From contig OZ024743.1 of assembly GCA_964016885.1 (NCBI GenBank), forward strand, positions 320,168,001 through 320,232,000: a DNA stretch of 64,000 bases. The letters run 5' to 3'. Below, piece after piece: positions 11,941-24,796 of the stretch. The translations under genes and the position numbers were made by a program. Positions within the stretch are counted from its first letter, which is position 1, and the number at the start of each line of letters is the position of its first letter. Origin of the DNA: Eledone cirrhosa (taxonomy: Eukaryota). The notes under the pieces are model-generated. The model was not told the origin of the DNA. It worked only from the letters and a program-made list of their open reading frames with translations, and ran no database searches.

Positions 11941-12268
11941 TATAAGAACAAAAGATGGTTAAAAGAGTTCCATGTATTTTAATATGCGCATTTCAAAAAC
12001 AAATATCATCATGCAATAATATTTGTGTTTTCATCAGATAAAATAGGAAGACATGATATGAAGGTTAAAAAACACTTGTGTATAGTGCAGTTTTAAATCA
12101 ACATATCAGTTTTAAACTGCACTATCCACAAGTGTTTTTTAACCTTCATATCATGCCTTCCTATTTTATCTGATAAAAACACAAATATTATTGCATGATG
12201 ATATTTGTTTTTGAAATGCGCATAATAAAGTACATGGAACACTTTTACCCATCTTTTGTTCTTATATA
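11941..12268. repeat. Foldback inverted repeat, ~155-bp arms, ~15-bp spacer
   Basis: tataagaacaaaagatgg...gtgcagtttt versus aaactgcac...ccatcttttgttcttata; reverse-complement match with scattered mismatches. Confidence 0.9.
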
Positions 12269-12511
12269 CTATGTATACTCCAGCCCTACAAACTGTAGAG
12301 TGCTTCTTATCCGATATCTGCATTGCTTTATTGTACTACAATAAAACTCACCTCCTACATATATATATATACACACACATATATATATGTACATACACAT
12401 ATATATATATATATATATATATATTTTTTTGTGTGTGTATATATATATATGTACATTATTTCCCTTAAAAATTAATATTAATGTGTGTATATATCTATAT
12501 ATATATCTATC

Positions 12512-12543
<32 letters not shown>

Positions 12544-12621
12544 CATATATATATACATATATATTTATATATATATATATATATACATATATATACATAC
12601 ATACACATATATATATATATA

Positions 12622-12685
<64 letters not shown>

Positions 12686-13126
12686 TATATATATATATAG
12701 TAAATATATATATAATAAATACGGTGAAAAGGGTATAATTCGCTAAGGGAGGTAATTACCAGTGCCCGTAGACAGTTTACTGCATTACTTATCACCAATA
12801 CCAGCTATGGGAAAACATTTTTTTATTTATTTAAAAGGAATTAACATATGTGGGGTTGGTCAACTCAGCATAAATGATGCCGTGTTTATGTGTGAATATG
12901 ATAGACTGTTGGTAATGTCGTTAAACACTGTACACATATATACCTAATGTATGGGGACATGTTGGGGTGCGAATTTGAAGGCCTAGAAAAATAATGCCAA
13001 TTTGGATCGAAGCTGTATGTTCATATGATCAATTGATCTAAGAAGTCACTCGGGTTCAGAACACGTGTAAGAGCTATATAAAGATATGTATTAACGACTA
13101 GTAACTCTTTTATTCACTCATACTTT

Positions 13127-13226
<100 letters not shown>

Positions 13227-13249
13227 ATATGTATACACGTCTGTATTTT

Positions 13250-15296
13250 AGAGGGACCATGCAAGTTGACATGCGCGATCCCGACCAGGTCCATACACGA
13301 CAACATCCACCTCATGCGATACATCATAGAGAGGGTAGGGTGTAAACTCGGCTTCGGTGGGGCCCTGATCAACTTGGATCAGTCTAAGGCTTTCGATAGG
13401 GTTGACCATCGTTACCTGGATGCGGTGCTCGAGGCGGCAGGCTTCGGACCCGTGTTCAGGGGCTGGATTGCTGCAATGCACAACAGCAACATCTGCTCAA
13501 GGGTCAAGGTGAACGGTTACCTCTCGGAGCCGTTCCATATTACGCGATCCATTCGACAGGGATGCCCTCTCTCCTCCCTTCTGTACGTACTGACTCTCGA
13601 GCCACTACTGCGGAAGCTGGAGCTATTGCAGGGCATCCCTCTGGAACCGGGACTGCGGAAAGCGGCGTCGGCCTACGCCGACGACGTGACAGTAATGGTG
13701 TCGAGCGCCTCGCAAATCGAGGAAGTCGGCACCTTACTAAAGGAATGCGAAAGTCTCACAGGAGCGAAGCTGAACCGGGACAAGTCCATCGGTTTGCAAC
13801 TCGGATCGTGGAGAGGCAGACCGATGCCTTCCGATGGCGTCGACGGACGCTGGACGGAAGGACCGGTAAAGCTGCTCGGGGTCTGGTTTGGTCCGGACCT
13901 CCAGGTGGAGAAGAACTGGAACGAAGTGACGGCCAAGGTGTTTGCACTCACCCAGAAGTGGGCCGAGTGCAAACTATCCTTGAAAGGTCGAGCGGAGGTG
14001 GCGAACACTTTTATAGCGTCTGCCATCTACTACCGCTTGACCGTCGTGCTTTGTCCAGCCAAAACGCTCGCCAAAATGGAGCGCGCCCTCTTCCGATTCC
14101 TTTGGAAGAGGCGGGCTCCTTTGGTAAGAAGATCCATCTGCTGCCAACACCCTTCTAACGGAGGGCTGGGGATGCCGTGGTTGACGATGCGCAAACACGC
14201 GCTCAGGCTGCGGCATCTCTACGTATTCCTCACCGGACAACCGGTGTGGGCCCCGTTCGTGAGGCGAGCCTTCCCACGACTCGTCTCGCTGACCGAGCTG
14301 CAGTCCTGGGTCAAGCAGAGACCGAGGAAAATGGGCGACAGGCACATCGAATGTGCTCAGGCGCTCACAGCCCTCTGGCAGGCGGACCCGGCGATCAGTG
14401 GAGACTCCACTTCGTCATTCTATAGAGGGTTGGTCCGCAGCAAGTGCGACGACGCGCTCGGTGAAACTCTAGGCGTGGAGGAAGATGAACTGGCCAGTCT
14501 GTTCGGTAGGACCTTCCGCCCTGGACCGATGGACAGCTTCCAAAAGTCCCTGGCCTGGCAGTGCTACCGAGGAGCTCTACCAGTTCGAGACAAGCTCTAC
14601 AGACATGGGCGCCCGGGCAGGGACCCTGCAAAAAAGATCTGTCCGAGGTGCGTGCGAGACGAAGAAACCGTCGCGCACGCATTCCTACACTGCCCGGGCG
14701 TCACTGACCTGTGGGGCTATGTAGAACGACTATTGTCGCGGGTGGGACCAATCCAGTTGACCACCGAGTCCATTGTCATGATCAAACCGCCACCCTCCTT
14801 CAAAAACGAAGGAGAGCCGGTTTTCCTTTGTGTGATAGCTATGGCGAAAGAGGTTGTATGGTGGACAAGGTTGAAAGGGCTGAGGTCAGACACCTTTCTC
14901 TCCGGCCAACAACTGATTCTTTTTTTCAAATACCACTTTGGAAGAAGAATCAGGAGGGAGAGAGAAGTGCTGTACCCCAGCAAGTTTTATGAAAGGTGGG
15001 TGAAAGTGGCGAGAATGGCCCGAGTGAATGGTCCTTCTCTCTATATCAGCCTGTAGGTTGAGGAAAAGGAGGAGGAGAGGAAAGGAGTACAAGCTCTTCG
15101 TACTCCTGGAGATGAGGGTTGCACATTTTTTTTTCGGGGGTATGTGTTACCCATATAAACTGTCTCCCTCTGTTGGGGAAAATCGACTAACTTTTAAATT
15201 CCATCTGTGATAACATTTTACACGTTTTTATTGTATGTAAACTTCCCCCTTTGTATTTGTCCCCTTCTTTTGTGCCCCTGTGGCTAATAAAGAAAT
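13250..15296 (+). mobile_element. 5'-truncated L1/Tx1-clade LINE with intact 596-aa partial ORF2 (RT plus zinc knuckle)
   Basis: LDQSKAFDRVDH, IRQGCPLS, AYADD, KLLGV, GGLG and CPRC..EETVAHAFLHC. GC-rich; the 3' UTR ends aataaagaaat then (TATC)n; 5' side is flanked by (TA)n. Confidence 0.93.
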
Positions 15297-15297
15297 A

Positions 15298-15329
<32 letters not shown>

Positions 15330-15336
15330 AATATAT

Positions 15337-15384
<48 letters not shown>

Positions 15385-15417
15385 TTATCTATATATCTAT
15401 CTATCTATCTATCTATA

Positions 15418-15486
<69 letters not shown>

Positions 15487-15506
15487 CTATCTTCTCTGTA
15501 TATAAA

Positions 15507-15760
15507 CCTGTAGGTTGAGGAAGATAAACAGAGGGAAGACGGGAACACCTACAAAACGTGATCCTGGTGTTGGAGGTTGTTCTATACACGGGGTGTAAAA
15601 CAACCCCGCAGGAACGTTCCCCCTTTTGGGGATTTCGATTGTTTTATTTTATATATAGTCTATTGTTATTCATCATTGTTAAAGATTTTATGTAAAACCC
15701 CCGCCGTCACTTCTTGTAATGTCCCATTTTTGTACGCCCTTATGGCAAATAAAGAAAGAT
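15507..15760 (+). mobile_element. Second, related L1/Tx1 3'-UTR-only fragment
   Basis: Starts cctgtaggttgagga like 15050-15064 and ends gtccc..ttttgt..gccct..tggc.aataaagaaa like 15260-15295. Confidence 0.65.
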
Positions 15761-15764
15761 ATCT

Positions 15765-15845
<81 letters not shown>

Positions 15846-15855
15846 TTTTTCTCCC

Positions 15856-15889
<34 letters not shown>

Positions 15890-16074
15890 TTTAGCGTTAA
15901 CAATGTAGACTAGTATGACCATATTCAGCTAAGCACTCGATACTTGGGAAAGTAGGGTGTATGTATTGTAAATAGATATTGTCCGACATGGTACTAGCTA
16001 GCACCGACATAGTATACATAATATACGAAGGAGGGGACGTAAAACGTATAAAAATGATATCGTATAATAATTGT

Positions 16075-16249
16075 TTCTACTTTTGGGACAATACCAACAA
16101 TTATCCCAGTGCATTACTGGTACTTTATTTTATCGACCCCGCAAGGATGAAAGGCAAAGTTAACCTCGGCGGGATTTGAAGTTAGACCGTAAAGGGACGT
16201 AACTCTATGCTGGAAAGCATGGCGTCATACGCTCTACCGATACTGCCAA
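16075..16249 (-). mobile_element. tRNA-derived SINE copy
   Basis: ggtactttattttatcgaccccgcaaggatgaaaggcaaagttaacctcggcgggatttgaa. Confidence 0.8.
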
Positions 16250-18210
16250 AATAATAAATGATAATTACAACTCTTGAAATTAAGGGATAAGTATTCTATT
16301 AGTCACTTTTCTTACTTAGATTTATAAATATTATTGGTAGAACAAATATAAATAGTGTTGTAATAGCTAGACTTGCAATACTGTTTACAATAAGCTTTCG
16401 AGTGTGTATGTTAATTATAGTTGCTATTAAATATTTACAACGTTTAGAAGAAAGGTAAAAACAAGCTGTTGATATGGGGAAGCGGTTAACCTGCAGATGA
16501 AACTATTCCGAAGTTGCTGCTGCTGCAAATCTGCACCAGATGGACCAAACCATAACATCTTTTTTGGCAGTGGAGATCGAAACCATACATTTTATTTATT
16601 TATTTAATTTTTTTTTATTTTATTATTATGATATTTACATGCTGAGGAGGGATCCCAGCTAATTTTAGTTTGTCAACCAGAGATGGGCGACAGATTAAGT
16701 TAGACCCGATCAGCACAAAATATTTTTGAGAACAGTGTGCATTCTTCAAAGGCATTATCTAACGAACTGCCGTAATGCTCATATAACTAGCCAAACTGAA
16801 CGACATGTACTGGTTCGTTAAAAGGTCCAACGTCTACTTGTCTAGAAGAAATATGAATGTATTTGAACTAACAAAAGAGATACATCACCAGCCAGAAAGC
16901 AGCCGAAATTCAAAGCAGGAGAGATTTCAAGAGATACAAATCTATTGCTTCAGTGGGGAAAGAAACAATTTGCTGAAAACTATGTGTGTTGGATTCTTAT
17001 AGAATTCCAGTAATAATCAGGAACTGATTATACAGAGCAGTCGCCGGCCCAGCAGAAATTGAAAATTAGAATTGGTGCTCTGAAATAGCGATATATATAT
17101 GAATGTATATATAGTGTATTTTGCAATACAATGTATGCTTAATTAAAACATTTTGAAGATCATACGCTATTGTTTTAAAATAGTGACAATGTCACTATTT
17201 TAAAACAATAACGTATGGTCTTCAAAATGCTTTTAATTAAGCATACATTTTCTAGAAATACTCGAAATATTAACTTTCACTATAATGTGTAATTTGTCGT
17301 GTATCAGTATTTTTTTTTTTTTGAAGTGGGGGGGGGGGGGGGGTTCTGAATTATTTTAAATCAATAACGTATGGTCTTCAAAATGCTTTTAATTAAGCAT
17401 ACGTTTTCTAGAAATACTCGAAATATTAACTTTCACTATAATGTGTAATTTGTCGTATATCAGTATTTTTTTTTTTTAAGTGGGGGCGGGGGGGATTCTG
17501 AATTATTTTCCGTATCAAATTTTTCATATACCTCGTACGAGCATTTATGTAGTTTGCAATAGAATTTTTGTATCGTAGCGGCACCCTTAGAGATAGTATT
17601 ATTATTCATTTTCGGGATTCTGAATTATTATTTCGTATTAGTTTAGTTTTTGCACTGGGTGGTTGCTGGCCTTGTGCCTGTGGTAGAAACATTTATTTCG
17701 TATTAGTTTCGGGACTCTGAATTATTATTTCGTGGTACTTTCTTTAGTATTTTGGCCCCCCATTTGTTGACCTGTCACCATAAGATATACTCGGTTGATT
17801 ACTACTAACTCTTAAGATGGTCTCATTACAATTCCGTCCCACCTAGTAAACTTTTCTATAGTTTAGCAGTACCAGTGAGAGACTTCATGACTGTCGTTAG
17901 GGAATAGTAACCAGAAATTGTATTTTTATATTTTTAACATTCTTGGTATTCTTCTATATATTTACTCCATATTGATTTACTTATTGTTTCGACTCCCCCC
18001 CTAACCCTAGTATACTTGCTTGACCTCCTGCTCTGCTGTAGTTGGCACTATCAACGCACGACTGGGTTTCCTCCACTCCCTCTCCCTCTTTCTTCTACTT
18101 GTAGGTTCAGCTACCCATCCGACCACAAATTGCCATGATAGAATTATGTGTCTCAAAAACAAACTTTTGACCAATGCTTGTGACAATTACTTTTACCATA
18201 TATGGAATTA

Positions 18211-18304
18211 CCCCCTGAGAAGCTCGGCTATTCATGTAACAGGATAAACATTTTCATTTAGAACAGAATTAGCCGTCGAAACGGCTTGAGCTCAGCCATC
18301 GGGG
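18211..18304 (+). ncRNA. Degenerate hammerhead-like motif (also 32440-32533, 46738-46831, 60753-60846)
   Basis: CCCC-CTGAGAA-G..CGGCTATTC..GAATTAGCCG.C-GAAA-CGGCT-TGAGCTC-AGCCATC-GGGG. C3.A8 mismatch plus one mismatch in stem III. Confidence 0.5.
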
Positions 18305-18421
18305 TCCTACTCGTTCCTATTACCCACTCTACTACCCTAAGTATTGGGTACTTGGTGCGTTATGGTCCTCCTGGCTCCTTACCACATTTCCTTCGTTATA
18401 TATATATATATATTTATATAT

Positions 18422-18518
<97 letters not shown>

Positions 18519-18999
18519 TGAATAGAGAGAGAGAGAGTGACAGATATTAGAGAGTCTAACATGGCAAAAACACATGGTGATATGCATATATCCTTCACAT
18601 AAACTTGTATCTATTGCTACAAATGTTGTTACTACTATTATTAAGAACATTAGTACTCACAGATACGTTTTGTGAAGGTTCTATGTATATTATTAAAAAC
18701 AAGTGTTTCTGGAAATACTAGTAATATCAACATTCACTCTAATGCTGATAATGGTTTCTTATATTAGATAGAAATAGCATCGATTATATGGGTACAATAC
18801 GCGATGACATACAATGTCAGCGATGATATTACTTCGAATAAATAACAATAGAAATAGCAAAAAAATAAACAGAACGTTAATTACAACATTAATAACCACT
18901 GGAAATTATCAAGTAAATTTCGCGAATCACGTAGGCATTAATAAGTACACATATCACAAACTCTGAATTAGGCTGACACTCAAAATGTATGTCTTCTAA

Positions 19000-21140
19000 G
19001 TTTTGCCAGCAGCCAACATCCACATAATTTGAAGACGTTCATAAGTTTCTGACAGCGAGAAATATCTCAGGCTTCAAATCTTTCGATTCTTTACATCTCG
19101 TAAATTCTTTGCTGCAGAGTAGCTGTTGGCAGTATAAAGACTCAGTACGAACAGATTGAAAATATCAACTCTCTTCTCCTCGCGATAAAAAAACAAACGG
19201 TAAAACTTCAAAATTAACTGGCACGTAGGCTGTTTCTGTCAAGCGCATGTTAATAGCTGTTCTATATAAACATATCAGCAATGCACCGATACTTCTTATT
19301 ACGAAGTCGGTGAATGGCGAACACTTTTTTGCTGATCTGAAGTCGGATTCAAGCCTAACCCCAAAGTGACCACATATCTTAACTTTGGACGCTTTTACAG
19401 TCTCTGCTGCAATTTATCGTGCCTGCTTATACCGCAAGTGAAAGGAGGGCTTATTGCCAAGCCAAGCTTTGTAAACCTCCTTCTTTGCTCGGATGGCATG
19501 TTGAACCTCTTCATTGAACCAAGAATTCTTCCTGCCAATCGGCGCAAGACCAAGCCTCTTTTGCAAGCAGGATTTAACAGCTGAAGCAGAAACTTCTGTG
19601 CTGAACAATCTCTGAATTTGGATGCAATTGGATCTGCATAACTGGCCTTCATTTCCTTTTCCACCAATGCTTCCCGTTCTATCCAGGAGGTCGCTCTGGA
19701 ACTGCCAGTTTTCTGGGCTTCTTTGGCTTTAGGTACTCAAGTTGCAGATAACAAGATGGTGATCACTTGACAGCTCAGCCCCTCTCTTAACTCGAGTCCA
19801 ATCTAGCTGATGAACAGTGTGGTTTTCTCCGCGGACCCAGCATAGCCGTCCAAATATTCACACATCGTGGGAGTATTGCCAAGATATATATTCTTGTGTT
19901 ATCGAACTTCGGAAGACATATGATCACATTCCACGGGACCTGCTATGGAAGTTTGTGCAGGAGTATGGGATTGATGGTCAGCTTCTTGCTGTCTTGATGT
20001 CTCTATATGAATTCCCGAAACCATTCAATGTCGGAATCGGAATCTCCTGTTAATTATTTACATAAACAGGATTGTATGCGCAGCCGGTTTGGAAGTGGTA
20101 TCGTGTCTGGCATTTGTAAAATGGGTCGCATGGAATTTTCAGACGACATGGTGCTACATAACTCGACAGATCTTCGACTTCCGCATCTCACCTTCCTTCT
20201 GAAGGATACTTAAAGAAAAGGATAAGTTGGTGTCCGGAGAGAAAGGTGTTTGCCCTCAGTCCTTTTAACCTCGTCCACCATATTACCTCTCTCGCCATAG
20301 CCACCAGACAGAGGAAAACCGTCTCTCCTTCGTTCTTAAATGAAGGCGGCGGGGTGATCCTCACGATTGTCTCGGCTGACAACTGGATGCGTCCCATACA
20401 TGACAGCAGCTGTTCGACATAATAGGTTTGATGCCGAGTGCTGCATGGCTGGAATTAAAATCAGTGCTGCAAAAACTGAGACACTCGTCCACTCGAGGAA
20501 GCCTGCAAACTGCACGCTACATATGAGTGGAGTTTCACTGAAGCAGGTAGAGAAGTTCAAGTATCTCGGGGCCGTGTTCACGAGTGATGGAAGGCAGGAG
20601 GCTGAATTAAATGCAAGAATTGCAAAATCTGGAGTAGTAATCCGCCACCTGCAGCATTCAGAAGGGAGGTAGGCGTAAAAGCAAAACTCGCTATCTTCAA
20701 TTAGTCTTTCGTGCCAACCCTTACCTATGGTCATGTATCTTGTTTAATGACCGAAGAATACGATCGCGAATACAAGTGGCAGAAATAGAATTCCTCTGAT
20801 GGGTATTTAGAGTACAGGAATCTGAGGCTCATTATATGTAGAACCGCTACTTCTCCGAATTGAGAGATAACAGCTCCAATACTATGGGCATGTGGTTAGA
20901 ATGTCTCGGGTAAGAATCGCTGGACAGATTTTCCGGAAAAAACCAACCGGCAGAAACCCAGGGGTAGATCCCGATTAAGATGGTTAGATAACATCCATGA
21001 GCTTGGCTGGTCACGCTTGGGGATCCAGCCGGATCAGTTGGAGACGGTAGCTTCTGACAGGACTAGCTAGAAGGAGTGTTTGAGGACTCTGACCCTACGA
21101 CCCTCTCGGGAAAAAGTGGGTGATGAAGAGTAAGAGTAAA
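19000..21140 (+). mobile_element. Degenerate RTE LINE with inverted 5' part (copies ~33190-35330, ~47480-49620, ~61490-63630)
   Basis: About 19000-19797 reads on minus: RVKRGAELSSDHHLVICNL (APE endonuclease end) and SWFNEEVQHAIRAKKEVYKAWL. From about 19797 it reads on plus: LADEQCGF, FSDD, VEKFKYLG. Same family as 2420-3850. Left boundary approximate. Confidence 0.8.
20179..20421 (-). mobile_element. Internal L1/Tx1 ORF2 fragment inserted in the RTE (copies ~34372-34614, ~48658-48900, ~62669-62911)
   Basis: Translates GRIQLSAETIVRITPPPSFKNEGETVFLCLVAMAREVIWWTRLKGLR..., homologous to the C-terminus of ORF 13266-15056. Confidence 0.88.
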
Positions 21141-21831
21141 AGAAGTAAATAGATAAATAAGTAAATAGATAAATAAGTAAATAAATGTCCAGGTATTGTT
21201 ATCTACCCTTCAGTCTTGTATTATCACATAAGTAAGTTCTCTCTGTTAAAGTTCGGTTTAATGTTTAACAAGCAGTATTGCGATTCTATTCACTGACATG
21301 TGATGATGAATATGGGATTCCTCTTCTTTAAATATCAACAAAAGTGGTCATTTGTTTCTACACCTATGTTACTAGAGAGGAAACTATGATAACTAATTCC
21401 ACAGTGATATTAATAGCCATAGATATGACGTTCTACATATATATACATGCACACACGCGCTCGCGCGCGCACACACACACATATATATATATTATTTTTA
21501 TTTTGAAACGGAAGCAGATAAATCCACGAACCTTGAGACCTACAAACACGGCCAAGTATAAATGCATAACGTATGCATGATTTTCATCGAAATATGTATA
21601 TATAAACTTTTGTTAACAAAATTTTAAGTTTCAAATATCATAAAGAGACAAAAACATAAATATACATAAGAAGTGCATTTATAATTTTATCCTGATAAAT
21701 CAAATTCAGCTAATGATGTCATTTGCAATATAATTACATGTAAAGCTTTAGAAACTAAATTTATTGTCTGTAATAGAAATTGATTTTGACATAGTACTAA
21801 TTTTTTTATTTTTTTTATTTTCCTTATTAAG

Positions 21832-21849
21832 CACCACCCCTACAACCAA
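21832..21849 (+). CDS. Linker microexon, copy 1 (18 nt, T/A-PPLQP)
   Basis: Long T tract, then ttattaag|CACCACCCCTACAACCAA|gtaagt; phase 1-1. The AAG acceptor is non-optimal. Confidence 0.62.
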
Positions 21850-21862
21850 GTAAGTAGCTGCA

Positions 21863-21948
<86 letters not shown>

Positions 21949-21958
21949 CCTATCTCTC

Positions 21959-22010
<52 letters not shown>

Positions 22011-22053
22011 CACACATACACATATATACATATATGTCTATCTTTCTGTTTTT

Positions 22054-22159
<106 letters not shown>

Positions 22160-22170
22160 ACCTATCTCTC

Positions 22171-22231
<61 letters not shown>

Positions 22232-22265
22232 ACATATATACATATATGTCTATCTTTCTGTTTTT

Positions 22266-22312
<47 letters not shown>

Positions 22313-24130
22313 ATCTATCTATCTATCTATCTATCTAATATCTATCTAAATATCTGTCTATCTATCTATTTATCAATTTATCAATCCATCCAACATCCCA
22401 TTCAATATTCAATCCTGGCATTGTTACTGTCAAACCACGCAAATTAAAAAAAAACAACATTTCTTTATCAGCAGCCTCAATGCTGACTATAATTCCTCTC
22501 CAACTTTAGAAAGAGGATCTCAATTCGTGGCTAGGAATTTGCTGTTTTCTTCATCAAATCTGCTTCCTTATAAGGGTCATTTTACCTGCCACATCAGTTT
22601 AATGTTTCGTCACTTTCCTTAAGATGCTATGGCAATTTCACGTTAGGCTAGCTCTCAAGTTAAAGTAATTCGAGAGTCCAGTGGGTTTTGTTTGAGATTG
22701 TGTTCTGGGTGTCGAAACCGCGGGTGTGTAGAAATGGTCGACCATTTTTTTTTTTCACTCTGTATACAAGTTATATTTTTCACGTTCTGTATACAAGTTA
22801 TATTTTAACCTCATTGACTCATTATGATGATTCGGAAGACCCATTTTTAAGTTCTCACTGAAAAGACACTGGTAGCTTGGACATTTCTACTGCTGGATGC
22901 TACTTGCCCCTGGCCATTACTGCTGATAATGATGAAGTAGTGGGACATATTGCCTTGCTTAATTTGTGACAATTTCCGGAGCCTCAACTGATGGCAATAT
23001 AGTAGCAATAAGCTATGGTTTGTCTTAATATCTATTACGCAGATGTCAGCAAAACCTCTGATGTCAAATATATCTACGTTGTTATCAACATTCACTTCGA
23101 GAGTGCCGTTAGAGTCGACATGTCTAATAAGCTAGAATCGAAGACAGGCTGGGATAGACAATACCATGGCCAATATTTGGTAAGGCGTGTCAGAAGAAAA
23201 TGATATCAACTTGTATGCCAGGAAAGGCTCAGATGCTTCAGGGTCAAAACAAAAACGGAAGTACTAGTTCATGAAGCGAAAGTTTGGTCATGAAGAACTA
23301 TGAGAATAGAATAATAAAAACGGATCCTAAAACTAAATGGAGAACGTACAAGCATTACTGTTGACTCCATTACCTCTGAAGGCCCGGTTCTTCCCAATTC
23401 TGAATATATACACGAGTATGCTCCAATTGACAACCATATGCACTGGACAGTATGACAAATCTTCATGAAACTGGACAAGAAGCAGTATAAAAATATACTA
23501 AACACGGTATATGACATCAGCTTGGCGAAAAACCTCTGGAATATGCCCATAAAAAACAGAAAATGAAATCAAGGCAAACTATCAAAATAAAATAGTCAAA
23601 GATTTAACAAACCCACACGTGTACACTAATATATATTGAAATTACTACTGACCAAAATATTGCTAGAAAAATAGTGAAACAACTGTCACTATACAATATG
23701 TAGTGTAAAAACACTGCTGTATGTTAAAAATAACAACAAAACATTGACGCTGTACTAGGGTGCACAGGGCAATAATCTTTCCACAGAAAAACACTGCTAG
23801 GAACAGCTCACACCATGGGCAAGGCATTATCAATTCGAAGCAAATTTTAATGGTTAATAATTTAGACACAGGGACACAGTTTTATAGGTAGAATAATGCA
23901 ACAAATTCGACATCAGCCATTTCGTGGTACTTTATTTATCGACCTTGAAATGTTGAACAGGAAATTTGACCTTGAGGTTATTCACTTAAGAATATAAAGA
24001 GATTAAAAAAAGTAACGGTTTCTGATTAAGGCACAGTGCATTATCAATTTTGCCAATTGACCGCCATCGACATCTTTCTTTTTCTTTACAATTAAACATG
24101 TTCTTGCATTTAATTTCCACTTTTATTTAG

Positions 24131-24495
24131 TGATAACGCAATAGCTGATATTATATTAGTGCTGGACGACTGAAATTATGATAAAATTAGAGAAAGGAAA
24201 GTCATTCGTAAAGACGATAGGAAACATCTTTAATATTAATCAAAACAGCGTTAGAGTCGGAGCCCTGTCATTCAGTTTCCAAACCAAAGTGAAGTTTAAC
24301 CAACATAAATATTAAGTCAATGAGATATTAGGAGGGTTATCGGTAGAATAACATACAAATTGGAAGTGCCTACACACACAAGGTTCTTGGTTACTTGAGA
24401 AAATATTTTAATCCATGATTCGTAGATATGCTAAGTGTCCTGAATATTGCAATCATTATATACAAGGGAAAATCTGAAAATACAAGGTTTACAAC
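24131..24495 (+). pseudogene. Decayed vWA pseudo-exon (copies ~38314-38678, ~52405-52769)
   Basis: ttttatttag| then DNAIADIILVLDD*, NSVRVGALSFS, GSAYTHKVLGYLR and an NIAI-like stretch. Has stops and frameshifts and is truncated by a SINE fragment. Confidence 0.85.
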
Positions 24496-24796
24496 CGAAT
24501 CGACCTCAGCAGAATTTGAAAACATAACATATAAGGCATTTTGTCCGACGTTCTACTGATGTCACCATAGCACCCATCCACACTTACAGCAGTAATATCC
24601 CTATAATCATAATGATACTTAAGAATAATTGCTTAATAGACATTGCCGTAATCTTCTATGATAGTATGAATTACAATAAAATATATACAATCATATATAT
24701 TAATATAAAGCTACTTATAATCTTACTTTCTAAATGATGTAAACTTTACTATCGTGTTTTTTTTCATGTCTTGGCAATATTTTGTTTTACTTTTAG

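Noticed and set aside
12256-12798. Many YI/IY-repeat, poly-E, poly-T, LS and RE ORFs here and throughout the window
   Set aside because: Translations of (TA)n, (GAA)n, (ACT)n and (TC)n microsatellites.
13562-15092. Overlapping alternative-frame and antisense ORFs within the L1
   Set aside because: Expected by-products of a GC-rich coding sequence; no independent motifs.
16497-16560. Possible exon after cctgcag
   Set aside because: Phase-1 frame reaches TAA with no donor, and the polypyrimidine tract is poor.
22730-23870. Possible DNA transposon remnant (TIR-like tacagagtgaaaa on the minus strand; ORFs 22847-23869)
   Set aside because: No matching second TIR and no transposase motif recognised.
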